Positions 47,982 to 61,136 of a DNA stretch of 64,000 nt are shown here, piece after piece. This DNA is from Escherichia coli. GTDB taxonomy: Bacteria; Pseudomonadota; Gammaproteobacteria; Enterobacterales; Enterobacteriaceae. Position 1 is the stretch's first letter. Each line of letters starts with the position of its first letter. The stretch is taken from the NCBI RefSeq assembly GCF_024298765.1, contig NZ_CP101210.1. The stretch is one strand, 5' to 3'. The notes under the pieces are model-generated. The model was not told where the DNA came from and searched no databases. It was given only the letters and a program-made list of their open reading frames with translations. The position numbers were made by a program, and so were the translations under genes.

Positions 47982-48835
47982 TATGCCGCCTCCACCATGC
48001 CGGCTTTGGCCATGCGCGCTTTCACCCAATCACGCGCTTTCGCCACTTCTGCCGCCGGGTCTTCCGCCGTTTCGCTCCACATCTCAATCAGGTACGGCCC
48101 GCAATAACCACTCTGTTTGAGCGTTTCGAAGCAACGTTCGAAATCCACTACACCTTCGCCAAACGGGACGTTTTTGAAGACGCCTGGTTTGGTGTCTTTC
48201 ACATGCACCGCGACGATATGCCCGATCCCGGCCTGCAACTCCATCTGCACGTCGTTGTCCCACGCCGACAAGTTGCCGATATCCGGGTAGAGCTGGAACC
48301 ACGGGTTGTTAAGATAGTGCGCGTAACCCAGCGCCTTGCTGATGGAGTTCATCAACGGGTAATCCATGATCTCCATCGCCAGCGTCACCTGCGCGCGGCT
48401 TGCCATCTCAACGCTCTCTTTCAGGCCGTCACGGAAACGACGACGCGTTTCGTTATTGGCTTCCTGATAGTAAACGTCGTAGCCCGCCAGTTGGATCACG
48501 CGAATACCGACATCCTGGGCGAACTGGATAGCTTTGCGCATAATCTCCAGCCCCTGCGCCCGCACTGCGTCATCTTCGCTGCCCAGCGGGAAACGACGAT
48601 GAGCAGAAAGGCACATGGACGGCACGCGCACGCCGGTTTCAACAATCGCGTTCACCAGCGCCAGACGCTGCTCGCGGCTCCAGTCGAGGCGCGACAGGCG
48701 ATCGTCCGTTTCATCTACCGAAATCTCGACAAAATCGAAGCCTAACGTTTTTGCCAGTTGCAGCCGTTCCAGCCAGCACTCCCCGGCGGGGAGCGCTTTT
48801 TCATAGATGCCAAGCGGGATTTGTTTGGACAACAT
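47981..48835 (-). CDS. ulaE: L-xylulose/L-ribulose-5-phosphate 3-epimerase
   Basis: 284 aa TIM-barrel ORF in ula operon. Confidence 0.92.
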   Translation of the reverse strand: MLSKQIPLGIYEKALPAGECWLERLQLAKTLGFDFVEISVDETDDRLSRLDWSREQRLALVNAIVETGVRVPSMCLSAHRRFPLGSEDDAVRAQGLEIMRKAIQFAQDVGIRVIQLAGYDVYYQEANNETRRRFRDGLKESVEMASRAQVTLAMEIMDYPLMNSISKALGYAHYLNNPWFQLYPDIGNLSAWDNDVQMELQAGIGHIVAVHVKDTKPGVFKNVPFGEGVVDFERCFETLKQSGYCGPYLIEMWSETAEDPAAEVAKARDWVKARMAKAGMVEAA

Positions 48836-48844
48836 ATCCGCTCC

Positions 48845-49495
48845 TTAGCCCCACAGTTCAGCGATGGAACGTTTGAACTGACGTGCGGCCTCCACCGGAG
48901 AAGCGGCATCACGAATGCTGCGACCAGCGATAAACACATGAATCGGAATGCCTTTAAACAACGGCAGATCTTCCAGCGCCAGACCACCGGTGACGGTGAC
49001 TTTGAAGCCCATATCGGAAAGACGTTTGATCGCGGTAATGTCCGCTTCGCCCCACGCCACACCTGCGGCCTGTGCGTCACGGCTGCGGTGATAAACCACC
49101 TGCCCAATGCCTGCGTCGCGCCACTGTTGCGCCTGTTCCCAGGTCCAGTAACCGGTCAGTTCGATCTGCACGTCGCCGTTAAACTCTTTTGCCACGTCCA
49201 GCGCACCTTTAGCTGTGTTGATATCCGCACAGCAAATCACGGTCACCCAGTCAGCGTTAGCTTCGAAGCACATACGAGAAAGGATTTTGCCCGCATCGGC
49301 AATTTTGGCGTCTGCCAGTACGATTTTGTGCGGGTAAAGCGCTTTCAGATCGCGAACCGCACGCACGCCTTCGCCCACGCACAGAATGGTACCCACTTCG
49401 ATAATGTCGACTTCTTCGGCAATCAGGCGAGTGGTTTCATAGGCGCTATCCATAGTCTGGTTGTCCAGCGCGACCTGCAACATCGGTAATGACAT
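48845..49495 (-). CDS. ulaD: 3-keto-L-gulonate-6-phosphate decarboxylase
   Basis: Start at [14 protein letters not shown] (216 aa). Confidence 0.9.
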   Translation of the reverse strand: MSLPMLQVALDNQTMDSAYETTRLIAEEVDIIEVGTILCVGEGVRAVRDLKALYPHKIVLADAKIADAGKILSRMCFEANADWVTVICCADINTAKGALDVAKEFNGDVQIELTGYWTWEQAQQWRDAGIGQVVYHRSRDAQAAGVAWGEADITAIKRLSDMGFKVTVTGGLALEDLPLFKGIPIHVFIAGRSIRDAASPVEAARQFKRSIAELWG

Positions 49496-49508
49496 TTTCA
49501 ATTCCTTC

Positions 49509-49973
49509 TTAAGCTGCCGCGTTGGTGCGGTCAATGAGATCCAGTACTTCCTGCTCGGTACGGCAGGCACGTAAACGGTCGAAATTCTCTTCATCTTCAA
49601 ACAGATTGACGATCTGCATGATGCCCACTTCCTGGTGAGTGTTGGCATCGACCGCCGCCATGGTGATGAGGATATCCACCGGATCGTTATCTTCGTGGTT
49701 GAACTCCAGCGGCTTTTTCAGCGTCACCAGCGCAAAACCGGTTTTCTTAACGCCCTCTTCCGGGCGACCGTGCGGCATTGCCAGGCCGGGTGCGAGCACA
49801 AAGTACGGACCGTGCTGTTCAACCGCATCCAGAATCGCCTGGTAGTAACGCGGCTCGACAACATCCGCCGCCACCAGCAGGTCAACGCCGATTTTTACTG
49901 CGTCCTGCCATGTCTCAGCTTCAGCCTGCAGGCGGATGGATTTATTCTCCGCCAGCGAATCACGTAATTTCAT
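49509..49973 (-). CDS. ulaC: Ascorbate-specific PTS EIIA component
   Basis: 154 aa ORF. Confidence 0.9.
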   Translation of the reverse strand: MKLRDSLAENKSIRLQAEAETWQDAVKIGVDLLVAADVVEPRYYQAILDAVEQHGPYFVLAPGLAMPHGRPEEGVKKTGFALVTLKKPLEFNHEDNDPVDILITMAAVDANTHQEVGIMQIVNLFEDEENFDRLRACRTEQEVLDLIDRTNAAA

Positions 49974-49982
49974 GGCGCGTCC

Positions 49983-50288
49983 TTACTTCACGTCCTGCGG
50001 AAAATGCTCTTTGATCACTTCCAGCAATTTCGGGCCAAAGTCGGCAGGAGAGAGCATATTGCGCACGCCAACCACATATTTGTTGCCGGTCACAGTGATT
50101 TCGCCCGCAATATGGGTAGAAGCGATGATGATATCCGCGCCGCTCAACTCGCTTTTGTATTCGCCAACCGCGCAGCTGTTTACCGTGTGGTCAATGTTCG
50201 ACTGGGTTAAAAACTGGTCCACTTTCATTTTCATGATCATGGAACTGCCTTGTCCGTTGCCACACACAGCCAGAATACGTACGGTCAT
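49983..50288 (-). CDS. ulaB: Ascorbate-specific PTS EIIB component
   Basis: Start at [16 protein letters not shown] (101 aa), phospho-Cys motif. Confidence 0.9.
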
Positions 50289-50303
50289 AATCAAAACTCC
50301 TTA

Positions 50304-52055
<1,752 letters not shown>

Positions 52056-53120
52056 ATGAGTAAAGTGAAAAGTATCACCCGTGAGTCCTGGATCCTGAGC
52101 ACTTTCCCGGAGTGGGGTAGCTGGCTGAATGAAGAAATTGAGCAAGAGCAGGTCGCCCCTGGCACTTTCGCAATGTGGTGGCTCGGCTGTACCGGGATCT
52201 GGTTGAAATCGGAAGGTGGCACCAACGTTTGCGTTGATTTCTGGTGCGGTACTGGCAAACAAAGTCACGGTAACCCGTTCATGAAACAGGGTCACCAGAT
52301 GCAGCGCATGGCTGGCGTGAAAAAACTGCAGCCAAACCTGCGCACCACCCCGTTTGTTCTTGATCCGTTTGCGATTCGCCAGATCGACGCGGTACTGGCA
52401 ACTCACGATCACAACGATCATATCGACGTCAACGTCGCTGCTGCCGTGATGCAGAACTGTGCTGATGACGTACCGTTTATCGGACCGAAAACCTGCGTGG
52501 ATTTATGGATTGGCTGGGGAGTACCGAAAGAGCGTTGCATCGTGGTCAAACCAGGCGATGTGGTAAAAGTGAAAGACATTGAAATTCATGCCCTTGACGC
52601 GTTCGATCGTACTGCACTGATCACCCTACCAGCGGATCAAAAAGCGGCTGGCGTGCTGCCAGACGGCATGGACGATCGCGCAGTAAACTATCTGTTCAAA
52701 ACACCGGGCGGTTCTCTGTATCACAGCGGCGATTCCCACTACTCTAACTACTATGCAAAACATGGCAACGAGCATCAGATCGACGTGGCTTTAGGTTCAT
52801 ACGGCGAAAACCCACGCGGTATTACCGACAAAATGACCAGTGCTGATATCTTGCGTATGGGCGAAGCGCTGAATGCTAAAGTAGTGATCCCGTTCCACCA
52901 CGATATCTGGTCAAACTTCCAGGCCGATCCGCAAGAGATCCGCGTGCTGTGGGAGATGAAAAAAGATCGCCTGAAGTATGGCTTCAAGCCGTTTATCTGG
53001 CAGGTCGGCGGCAAATTTACCTGGCCGCTGGATAAAGACAACTTCGAGTACCACTATCCGCGTGGTTTCGATGATTGCTTCACTATTGAACCAGATCTGC
53101 CGTTCAAGTCGTTCCTGTAA
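52056..53120 (+). CDS. ulaG: L-ascorbate-6-phosphate lactonase (metallo-beta-lactamase fold)
   Basis: Start at [21 protein letters not shown] (354 aa); HDHNDH metal-binding motif. Confidence 0.92.
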   Translation: MSKVKSITRESWILSTFPEWGSWLNEEIEQEQVAPGTFAMWWLGCTGIWLKSEGGTNVCVDFWCGTGKQSHGNPFMKQGHQMQRMAGVKKLQPNLRTTPFVLDPFAIRQIDAVLATHDHNDHIDVNVAAAVMQNCADDVPFIGPKTCVDLWIGWGVPKERCIVVKPGDVVKVKDIEIHALDAFDRTALITLPADQKAAGVLPDGMDDRAVNYLFKTPGGSLYHSGDSHYSNYYAKHGNEHQIDVALGSYGENPRGITDKMTSADILRMGEALNAKVVIPFHHDIWSNFQADPQEIRVLWEMKKDRLKYGFKPFIWQVGGKFTWPLDKDNFEYHYPRGFDDCFTIEPDLPFKSFL

Positions 53121-53132
53121 TCTGTCGCTTGT

Positions 53133-53161
53133 ACCGGATAGCGTGGAGATGCTCGCGCTAT
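53133..53161 (+). terminator. Hairpin downstream of ulaG
   Basis: CCGGATAGCG...CGCTATCCGG 10-bp inverted repeat; no clear T-tract. Confidence 0.4.
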
Positions 53162-53227
53162 CCGGCATAGTATTTCCTGGCTATTTCAAATATCATCTAA
53201 AAAAATCAAATTTTATCGGAATAGCTC

Positions 53228-53983
53228 ATGACTGAAGCACAAAGACATCAAATCCTCCTGGAAATGCTCGCACAATTGGGCTTTGTGACCGTTGAGAAAG
53301 TCGTTGAGCGTCTGGGAATTTCGCCTGCCACTGCACGACGCGATATCAATAAACTTGACGAAAGCGGCAAACTGAAAAAAGTGCGCAATGGCGCAGAAGC
53401 TATTACCCAACAGCGCCCGCGCTGGACGCCGATGAATCTGCATCAAGCGCAGAATCACGATGAAAAAGTACGTATTGCTAAAGCGGCCTCGCAGCTGGTT
53501 AATCCGGGCGAAAGCGTAGTCATCAACTGCGGCTCCACCGCGTTTCTGCTTGGGCGGGAAATGTGTGGCAAGCCAGTGCAAATCATCACTAATTATCTAC
53601 CGCTGGCAAATTACCTGATCGATCAGGAGCATGACAGCGTGATCATTATGGGCGGACAGTACAACAAAAGTCAGTCCATCACTTTAAGCCCGCAAGGCAG
53701 CGAAAACAGTCTCTATGCCGGGCACTGGATGTTTACCAGCGGCAAAGGGCTGACAGCAGAAGGGTTGTATAAAACCGATATGCTGACGGCAATGGCAGAG
53801 CAGAAGATGCTAAGCGTGGTAGGGAAACTGGTGGTACTGGTTGAGAGCAGTAAGATCGGCGAACGCGCGGGAATGCTTTTTAGCCGTGCCGATCAAATCG
53901 ATATGCTGATCACCGGCAAAAATGCTAACCCGGAAATCCTGCAACAACTGGAAGCGCAAGGGGTCAGCATTCTGCGTGTTTAA
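53228..53983 (+). CDS. ulaR: DeoR-family repressor of the ula regulon
   Basis: 251 aa; N-terminal HTH ([22 protein letters not shown]). Confidence 0.92.
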   Translation: MTEAQRHQILLEMLAQLGFVTVEKVVERLGISPATARRDINKLDESGKLKKVRNGAEAITQQRPRWTPMNLHQAQNHDEKVRIAKAASQLVNPGESVVINCGSTAFLLGREMCGKPVQIITNYLPLANYLIDQEHDSVIIMGGQYNKSQSITLSPQGSENSLYAGHWMFTSGKGLTAEGLYKTDMLTAMAEQKMLSVVGKLVVLVESSKIGERAGMLFSRADQIDMLITGKNANPEILQQLEAQGVSILRV

Positions 53984-54729
53984 AGATGCTGGCGGAAAAA
54001 TGTCACGGCAGCATCTAACGCCTCAGGCGTAATGCGGTGACGCACGCCTGGCTGCCATGAACAGGTTAGCAGTTTATCCCGTCCCGTCTCGCTTAAGGCC
54101 TGCTGCAAACGTAGTGATTCGTCGGCAGGCACGACGTCATCGTCAAGGCCATGCCACAGCAGTAGAGGTCTGTCACCAAGTTGTTCCAGGTGGTTTGTCG
54201 CTTCCCACTCTGCCAGCGGCGCGACAATGTTATTGAATTCATTCTGCTGTGCTGCCGTTTCAGATATCAGCGGTGGAAACAGTGAACGGGCGAGCGATGT
54301 AAAATAGCCCGATCCCATCATGCTGGCGGTACATTTCACCGTGGGGTGGCGAGCGGTAATTCCCAGTGCCGTCATCGCGCCCATCGACGCGCCACCGACT
54401 GCCAGACGGTCATCAAGCAGCCAGTTTTCTTCGGCTATTGCCGCACGTAAAGTAGTGAATTCCTGCATACTTTGTAGCAAGATTTGCCAGAATTGATTTA
54501 ACCGCCGCGCTGCGTCGCCACTAAAACGACTACCGTGATCGGGCGCATCCGGCATGATCACCCGCAAACCAGCCTGCGCCAGCGCAACGGCAAAATAGCT
54601 ATACACCAGACTGGACGAAGTAAAGCCGTGATAAAAAATCGCGCACGGTAACGGGGTATCTTTTTGCCCGACAGGATAAGCATGAAGAACGGGAATATCT
54701 GCCAGCTCGCGTGATTCTATTTCAATCAT
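53980..54729 (-). CDS. yjfP: Alpha/beta-hydrolase-fold esterase
   Basis: 249 aa; GASMG nucleophile-elbow motif; 4-nt convergent overlap with ulaR. Confidence 0.9.
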   Translation of the reverse strand: MIEIESRELADIPVLHAYPVGQKDTPLPCAIFYHGFTSSSLVYSYFAVALAQAGLRVIMPDAPDHGSRFSGDAARRLNQFWQILLQSMQEFTTLRAAIAEENWLLDDRLAVGGASMGAMTALGITARHPTVKCTASMMGSGYFTSLARSLFPPLISETAAQQNEFNNIVAPLAEWEATNHLEQLGDRPLLLWHGLDDDVVPADESLRLQQALSETGRDKLLTCSWQPGVRHRITPEALDAAVTFFRQHL

Positions 54730-54910
54730 CTGTCTCTCCTTTTTGTCTGGTATGACATGAAGAAATCCTTAGCACAAGTTTCTGCTGGCGGTATTAGTTC
54801 ATAATGTTGAGAAGTGGGTTACGCTTTCATCACGTTTTCATTCGAAAATCGCGTACCAGGTAACAATTCGGGAACATTCCCCCAAAGTTAAATTAATAAG
54901 GCACTACACT

Positions 54911-55240
54911 ATGGTTAGCAGGAAACGTAATAGCGTTATTTACCGGTTTGCCAGTTTATTATTGGTGTTGATGTTAAGTGCCTGTAGCGCACTGCAAGGT
55001 ACGCCACAGCCAGCACCGCCAGTAACCGACCATCCGCAAGAGATTCGCCGCGACCAGACGCAAGGGTTACAGCGAATAGGTAGCGTAAGCACGATGGTTC
55101 GGGGTTCTCCGGATGACGCATTAGCAGAAATCAGAGCGAAAGCTGTCGCTGCAAAAGCTGATTATTACGTTGTCGTCATGGTGGACGAAACCATCGTCAC
55201 AGGACAGTGGTATTCACAAGCCATTTTGTACCGTAAATAA
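54911..55240 (+). CDS. bsmA: Biofilm/stress lipoprotein BsmA (YjfO)
   Basis: 109 aa; lipobox LLVLMLSAC. Confidence 0.88.
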   Translation: MVSRKRNSVIYRFASLLLVLMLSACSALQGTPQPAPPVTDHPQEIRRDQTQGLQRIGSVSTMVRGSPDDALAEIRAKAVAAKADYYVVVMVDETIVTGQWYSQAILYRK

Positions 55241-55388
55241 ATCAGACAACTTACATAGTCAGCTTTACATTGCTTTGCGTCCCTATGCGTTTACCTGTGC
55301 ACAATAAATTACCGGCTGGAAGCCTGGGCGTTTATTACCGCGATGGAATGCCCTGCAACATGTGGGGAAACGAAAAATGGAGCTGACG

Positions 55389-55664
55389 ATGAAACAATTC
55401 CTTGCCTCACCCTCGCTGCAATTAGTGACTTATCCTGCGAGCGCCACGGCACAGTCTGCAGAATTCGCCAGTGCTGACTGCGTGACAGGCCTGAATGAAA
55501 TAGGTCAGATCTCAGTTAGCAATATTTCAGGGGATCCGCAGGACGTGGAACGTATCGTGGCGTTAAAGGCTGATGAACAAGGTGCGTCATGGTACCGCAT
55601 TATTACCATGTACGAAGACCAGCAGCCTGATAACTGGCGCGTACAGGCGATCCTGTATGCGTGA
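55389..55664 (+). CDS. yjfN: Periplasmic DUF1471 protein YjfN
   Basis: Start at MKQFLASPSLQL preceded by GGAG (91 aa). Confidence 0.85.
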   Translation: MKQFLASPSLQLVTYPASATAQSAEFASADCVTGLNEIGQISVSNISGDPQDVERIVALKADEQGASWYRIITMYEDQQPDNWRVQAILYA

Positions 55665-55689
55665 GTGTCATCTACAGCAAATGAACAAT

Positions 55690-55722
55690 GCCGGATGCGG
55701 CGCGAGCGCCTTGTCCGGCTAA
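55690..55722. repeat. REP element
   Basis: GCCGGATGCGGCGCGAGCGCCTTGTCCGGC palindromic unit between yjfN and aidB. Confidence 0.75.
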
Positions 55723-55771
55723 CAATTTTCACATATTTCATTGAGTTAATCGAAACCAGCGTCGTATACAC

Positions 55772-57415
55772 TTACAAACACACTCCTCCCGTCGCCCGCA
55801 GCAATAAATCATTCTGGATCTGCTCTGACAACCGTACGCCGCCGCGCGTATCTAACATCACCTGACACCACGCCTGCGCCATTGGCGGAGAGGCATATTT
55901 CAACATTTGCGCACCGCAGCCCAGCAGGAATAGCTGATGAGTAATCTCTCGCCCCAGTTCTTCAGCAGGCTTACGCAGCTGCTGCTGTAAACGACGAACC
56001 GCGCGATCAAAATAGCGATCCTGCCCTTTCACTTCCACAAATGCTTCCGACAATAAGTCGTATACACCCGCTTGCTTATTGAGCACGCGCAGTACATCCA
56101 GGCACATAATATTACCGGAACCTTCCCAAATACTGTTTACCGGCATCTCCCGGTAAAGCCGCGGCAGCTCGCTCTCCTCGCAATAACCAATGCCACCCAG
56201 CACCTCCATCGCTTCGGCCACAAACGGCATACCTCGTTTGCAGATCACAAATTTCGCCGCAGGCGTAAATAAACGCGCCCACAGGGCTTCTTTGGCATCG
56301 GCACGCCGGTCCCAGGCTCGCGCAAGACGAAACAGCAACGCCGTTTGCCCTTCAAGCTGAAGTGCCATGCGACTTAAGACATGACGCATAAGGGGCTGTT
56401 GGATCAATGGATTACCAAAAACATGGCGTTGATGTGCATGATAAATCGCTAGCGAAAATGCACGGCGCATCATGGCATGGCTACCCAGGGCGCAATCAAA
56501 ACGCGTCATCCCACCCATTTTCAGGATCAGACGAACTCCTTCCCCTTCCTGCCCCAACAACCAGCCAATGGCATCCTGAAACTCCACTTCGCAGCTGGCG
56601 TTAGAGCGATTACCCAGCTTATCTTTCAGCCGCTCGAGGCGAATCGCGTTGCGTTGCCCGTCAGGCAAAAAGCGCGGCACAAAAAAGCAGGACAAACCGC
56701 CCGTAGTCTGCGCCAGCACCAGATGCGCATCGCTTTGCGGCACCGAGAAAAACCATTTATGCCCCACCAGCCGATAAGAGCCATCTTCCAGGCGCTCTGC
56801 GCGGGTGGTGTTGCTCATGACATCGGAACCGCCCTGCTTTTCCGTCATTCCCATGCCAATCAACAAACCGCGTTTTTGCCCACCTGGCAATAAGTGAGAA
56901 TCGTAGCGATCGCTCAACAGCGGCGTGGTCCAGTCCTGAAACGGCGCGGGTAACATCTGTAACAGCAATGGCGTGGCGGCAAAGGTCATCGTTATCGGAC
57001 ATAACGACCCTGCCTCAACCTGTGCGTGCAACATAAAACGTGCCGCGCGCGCCACAAATGCGCCGGAGCGAGCGTCTTCTTCCCAGGCAAGATTGTGCAC
57101 CCGATTGGTACATAGCGCCTGCATCAGCAGGTGCCAGGCGGGGTGAAAACGCACATCGTCCAGACGCCGCCCCTGGGCATCGTAGCGCAATAATTCAGGC
57201 GGATTCACATTCGCCAGCCGCCCCAGTTCAAGGGATTCAGCCGTCCCTAACTGCTGACCAATACTGGCTAGAAAATCGCTATCCCAGCCAGCACCTTCAC
57301 GCGTTACCGCTTCGCAGAGCGCGCCATCAGACAGGTATAAGTTGCTGTTATTTAATGGTATAGGTTGATTAAAAACGGTGTGAGTTTGCCAGTGCACTGT
57401 GTCTCCCTCCATCAA
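55772..57415 (-). CDS. aidB: Acyl-CoA dehydrogenase-family protein AidB (adaptive response)
   Basis: 547 aa ORF; exact start uncertain (possibly a few codons downstream). Confidence 0.9.
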   Translation of the reverse strand: MMEGDTVHWQTHTVFNQPIPLNNSNLYLSDGALCEAVTREGAGWDSDFLASIGQQLGTAESLELGRLANVNPPELLRYDAQGRRLDDVRFHPAWHLLMQALCTNRVHNLAWEEDARSGAFVARAARFMLHAQVEAGSLCPITMTFAATPLLLQMLPAPFQDWTTPLLSDRYDSHLLPGGQKRGLLIGMGMTEKQGGSDVMSNTTRAERLEDGSYRLVGHKWFFSVPQSDAHLVLAQTTGGLSCFFVPRFLPDGQRNAIRLERLKDKLGNRSNASCEVEFQDAIGWLLGQEGEGVRLILKMGGMTRFDCALGSHAMMRRAFSLAIYHAHQRHVFGNPLIQQPLMRHVLSRMALQLEGQTALLFRLARAWDRRADAKEALWARLFTPAAKFVICKRGMPFVAEAMEVLGGIGYCEESELPRLYREMPVNSIWEGSGNIMCLDVLRVLNKQAGVYDLLSEAFVEVKGQDRYFDRAVRRLQQQLRKPAEELGREITHQLFLLGCGAQMLKYASPPMAQAWCQVMLDTRGGVRLSEQIQNDLLLRATGGVCL

Positions 57416-57480
57416 TGGCAGTCACCATTAGTATGGTCACTGCCATGGATTCATGACAGAAAGAGATTGCTAAAACATTC

Positions 57481-58644
57481 TTATCCAGCAATGTAATGCG
57501 GAACGAAACGTGAGGTGTCTTTGGTGATCAGCGTGTTATCTTCACGGATCCCCATTCCGCACGCTTCATCATCGACAATCCAGCTACCGATGAGTGTGTA
57601 GCTATCGCCAAATCGCGGCAGAGGTTGAAACGCCTGGTAGATCATCGGTTCATCGGCGTAATCACCATCAGCGTGGTCAACAACGTTATTCTGACCGTCG
57701 AAAATGGTGACGTTTCCGCCTTCGCGCGAGTAAATCGGTTTACGCACATAGCTTTCGCCAGCGGCAATCTGCGGTTTTTCACCATCGAACCAGGATGCAA
57801 GAAGGTTAGGATGACCAGGGAAGAAGCGCCAAAGCAGCGGCATTAGCCCTTTATTACTCAAGATACTTTTCCATAACGGCTCCACCCATTGCTCGCGACG
57901 CTTGCGCAGCAGCGGACCGTTATCGTCACGCATCATCCACTCCAGCGGATACAGCTTAAATGCACGCTGGATGACATTATCATCAAGATCGGTCAGCACA
58001 CCGCCGACGCCCAAACCGAGATCTTCAATGTAGATAAACCGCGACTCCTGCCCTGCCTGCTCGGCGCAGTCCTGCAAGTACAGCACGGTACTCCTGTCTT
58101 CGTCGGTGTCCTGACAGCAGCAAAAATAAAACGGTTCCCGACTGTAAAGCTCGCTAAAGCGTGAAATCAGGCGCTCCTGAATGGCATTGTACTGATCGGC
58201 ATCGCGCGGAATAACGCCGCTGCGCCGGGCATCTTCCAGCCACAACCACTGGAAATAAGCCGACTCGTACAATGAAGTTGGCGTATCGGCGTTGTACTCC
58301 AGCAACTTAACCGGTGCATTACCACACCAGGCAAAATCCATACGGCCATACAACGAAGGATCGCGTGCGCGCCAGCTTTCGGCGATCACATCCCAGTACA
58401 ACGGCGGGATCGCCAGTTGCGTCAGGATCTCTTCGTCTTTAACCGCGCGATCCACCACCTCAAGGCACATCTGATGCAGTTCCGCAGTCGGTTTTTCGAT
58501 CTGCTCTTCAATCTGGCGCAGAGTAAAACGGTAAGCTCGACTCTCGTCCCAATAGATTTCATTGTCGATGATATGAAAGTCGAAACCGTTGTCAGCGGCG
58601 ATCTGGTCCAGATCCCGCCGTACAGGAACGTTGTGTCTCAGCAT
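57481..58644 (-). CDS. yjfC: Glutathionylspermidine synthase-like ATP-grasp protein
   Basis: Start at MLRHNVPVRRDLDQ (387 aa); last gene of the yjfI-yjfC cluster. Confidence 0.88.
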   Translation of the reverse strand: MLRHNVPVRRDLDQIAADNGFDFHIIDNEIYWDESRAYRFTLRQIEEQIEKPTAELHQMCLEVVDRAVKDEEILTQLAIPPLYWDVIAESWRARDPSLYGRMDFAWCGNAPVKLLEYNADTPTSLYESAYFQWLWLEDARRSGVIPRDADQYNAIQERLISRFSELYSREPFYFCCCQDTDEDRSTVLYLQDCAEQAGQESRFIYIEDLGLGVGGVLTDLDDNVIQRAFKLYPLEWMMRDDNGPLLRKRREQWVEPLWKSILSNKGLMPLLWRFFPGHPNLLASWFDGEKPQIAAGESYVRKPIYSREGGNVTIFDGQNNVVDHADGDYADEPMIYQAFQPLPRFGDSYTLIGSWIVDDEACGMGIREDNTLITKDTSRFVPHYIAG

Positions 58645-58646
58645 GA

Positions 58647-59285
58647 TTAGCCTCCCCAATGCCCACGGGCGCTGGAAGAACGACCATAGCCGCCGCGGGA
58701 AACGGTTGACACTTTTTTGGTGGTAAAGCCGCCCGAAGAGTAAGACTCTTTTTTGCCAGAACCGGAGCGCCAGGAGTAATCACCAGAAGTGTTGCGCCAG
58801 ACGGGGCGCGAAGCAAATGAGGATCCGCCGCTGTTATAGACGAACGGCTCATCGCGATCTTTACGAATAACCCGGCTTAACAAAAATCCAGAAACGACCG
58901 GGATCCAACTCTGTTCAACATTGTCGTAGTAGCAATTTTCGTACTTAGACTGACAATTCTGCTGAGTCATATTCTTCGGAACATCGGCATAAAACGCCGC
59001 TTTGGCGTTGTTCCAGCCACGCGCGCAAATGTCTGCATTATTACCGTCATCAATACAATCCTGCACAGTCGCGTAAAACGTTCCGTCGCCGTCGTTATCG
59101 ACATCGCCACTATCTCCACAACCTTTCAATACGAAAAAAGCGGCACCGCCCATTAGCGCCAACGTTAAGTATTTTTGTGCGTAGCGATTGCGGCGCGGCT
59201 CAAAAGGATTATGCGGTCTACCAATGCGACTGATTGCCCCATGTCCGATATTTTTGTTATTTCTGGATTTGCGTTTTCTGGCCAT
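58647..59285 (-). CDS. yjfM: DUF1190 protein YjfM
   Basis: 212 aa; Gly/Ser-rich C-terminus, one TM segment. Confidence 0.88.
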   Translation of the reverse strand: MARKRKSRNNKNIGHGAISRIGRPHNPFEPRRNRYAQKYLTLALMGGAAFFVLKGCGDSGDVDNDGDGTFYATVQDCIDDGNNADICARGWNNAKAAFYADVPKNMTQQNCQSKYENCYYDNVEQSWIPVVSGFLLSRVIRKDRDEPFVYNSGGSSFASRPVWRNTSGDYSWRSGSGKKESYSSGGFTTKKVSTVSRGGYGRSSSARGHWGG

Positions 59286-59294
59286 GATCGTCCA

Positions 59295-59693
59295 TTACCA
59301 TGTCATACAAGCTGCGTTAAAAATACCGCCAGCCAGCGCGGCGGTTCCCATAAACATTCCTGCTGCGGTATTGTGATTAATAATTTTTTCGCTTAATGCG
59401 GGCATATAAAGCCTGACGCCAGCAAAAACGAGTAATTGAATCACCAGAGCAATCCCGCCCCATGCGAAATAGTCTGGAATACTCACCGCATTGATTGCCG
59501 CACTGGATAAGGGGATCACGTACCCCAACAATGTTCCGCTGAACGCCAGTGCCGCCGCGGTGTTATTATTTTTGATTAACTGCCATTCGTTGTGCGGTGT
59601 AATTTTGGAGTAGATAAACAGAAAAATAATCACCATAGCCACGCCAATAAAAAAATAAGCGCTAAAGGCAAGAAATGAATCCAGTATATGCAT
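59295..59693 (-). CDS. yjfL: DUF350 inner-membrane protein YjfL
   Basis: Start at MHILDSFLAFSAYFF (132 aa), four predicted TM helices. Confidence 0.85.
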   Translation of the reverse strand: MHILDSFLAFSAYFFIGVAMVIIFLFIYSKITPHNEWQLIKNNNTAAALAFSGTLLGYVIPLSSAAINAVSIPDYFAWGGIALVIQLLVFAGVRLYMPALSEKIINHNTAAGMFMGTAALAGGIFNAACMTW

Positions 59694-59710
59694 CGTAAAC
59701 GTCCTTGTAA

Positions 59711-60370
59711 TTAACCAATAATATGAAGTGATGTCAGCGGGATATCGACCCCCAGCGCGCGCGAAAATAACCACTCCGGCTCGCCGAGATCATTAAAAGA
59801 TTCCTCACCATTTAACAGCAGATATTCGTAAGTATCTTCGGTCACTTGCCGTTGATAGCCCATGGTAAAATTATGGACCTCCCATTTGGCATGGTTTTGA
59901 TTTTCTACTTTTTCCAGCATGTAGACGGGTTCGATATTTCCCGGTTCTTCGCTATTAAAAAATCGCTGCCAGCGTTTTTCCTGCCAGTTTAAGGTCATTG
60001 CCCCCATCGCTTTGGCATTGATCGCCTCGCGCCAGTGACTCTCTTTACTGATACCGTAGCTCTCTTCATAGACAAAGAGCTTGATATCATCAATGTCATC
60101 AATATCTTCGCCGCCAGTGGTATTGATTTGCAGAAACTCATCGCCTGAAGTGTAGTAGCGGAAAATCTGGCTACCGCCGCCCAGATCGATGCGGCTGACA
60201 GCGGCTACCGTAAATTCCTCACCCGGCAGCGCAATCAGCAATTCATCTTCCAGCAAACGAAACGCTAACGTGTCGAGCGTAAAGCCACTATTGAGATGAA
60301 GTCCCAGAGGACCGCGAGCGATAGCAGGCTTATTATCCTTGCCAAACAGACGCTGGAAAAAACCAGACAT
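59711..60370 (-). CDS. yjfK: DUF2491 protein YjfK
   Basis: 219 aa ORF. Confidence 0.88.
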   Translation of the reverse strand: MSGFFQRLFGKDNKPAIARGPLGLHLNSGFTLDTLAFRLLEDELLIALPGEEFTVAAVSRIDLGGGSQIFRYYTSGDEFLQINTTGGEDIDDIDDIKLFVYEESYGISKESHWREAINAKAMGAMTLNWQEKRWQRFFNSEEPGNIEPVYMLEKVENQNHAKWEVHNFTMGYQRQVTEDTYEYLLLNGEESFNDLGEPEWLFSRALGVDIPLTSLHIIG

Positions 60371-60419
60371 ATTTTATCCTTAAAATAGTTGCCAGCCTTG
60401 CAGTGAGGCTGGCAAAAAA

Positions 60420-61118
60420 TTACTCGCCCTGTTGGCGTTGCAGTCTTGCTAATACATCCTGGGCGCTACTTTTATTGCTACCGCCAATTCCGGCTTCCGC
60501 CAGCTTTTCATCAAGATCGCGACCGTCTGCGACTTTTTCCAACTGTGCGGCAGCATCCAGGCGAGCCTGACGTTCGGCCTGACGCGTTTGCAGGCGTTTT
60601 AAGGATTCTGCCGCTGTCGAAACGCTGGAAGATGCGCCAACGGTAGAGGTCGTTACAGCCTGTTGTGCACGCTGCATGGCTTCAGTAGCTTTAACGACTT
60701 CCATTTGCTGCTCAAACTGAGCGATACGCTGCGCTGTCGCTGTAACTGCTTTTTCCACGCCATCACGAGAGACTTCCAGATTCGACAACACTTGCTCTTC
60801 AGCGGTAATGAGATTCTCAAGGCGCGCGATTTCTTCAGCAACTTCGTTAATCAACGACGGATTAACGTTCTTGCTTAACGCTTCCAGCGCACGAGCTTCC
60901 AGACTGGCTTTGCGCTCACGTAAATCTTTCAGCTTATCGTGACTTAATTTCACCCGCGCCAGCAGATCAACGCGAGATTTTCCGGCTTTATCGAGTTCAG
61001 CTTTAGCGTCACGAATATGCTGTTCCAGCATGCGCACGCCCTGGGTTTCTTCAATGGATTCTTCCGCCTGGGAGATAAACGATTTCCCCAGCGTAAATAA
61101 ACTTTTTAAAATCCCCAT
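60420..61118 (-). CDS. yjfJ: PspA/IM30-family protein YjfJ
   Basis: 232 aa; extended coiled-coil-like sequence. Confidence 0.9.
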   Translation of the reverse strand: MGILKSLFTLGKSFISQAEESIEETQGVRMLEQHIRDAKAELDKAGKSRVDLLARVKLSHDKLKDLRERKASLEARALEALSKNVNPSLINEVAEEIARLENLITAEEQVLSNLEVSRDGVEKAVTATAQRIAQFEQQMEVVKATEAMQRAQQAVTTSTVGASSSVSTAAESLKRLQTRQAERQARLDAAAQLEKVADGRDLDEKLAEAGIGGSNKSSAQDVLARLQRQQGE

Positions 61119-61136
61119 AAATACCCGTCCTTGTAA

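Noticed and set aside
48203-49489. Plus-strand ORFs of 180 and 243 aa overlapping ulaE and ulaD
   Set aside because: Antisense to recognisable ula genes; no RBS context and composition typical of non-coding frames.
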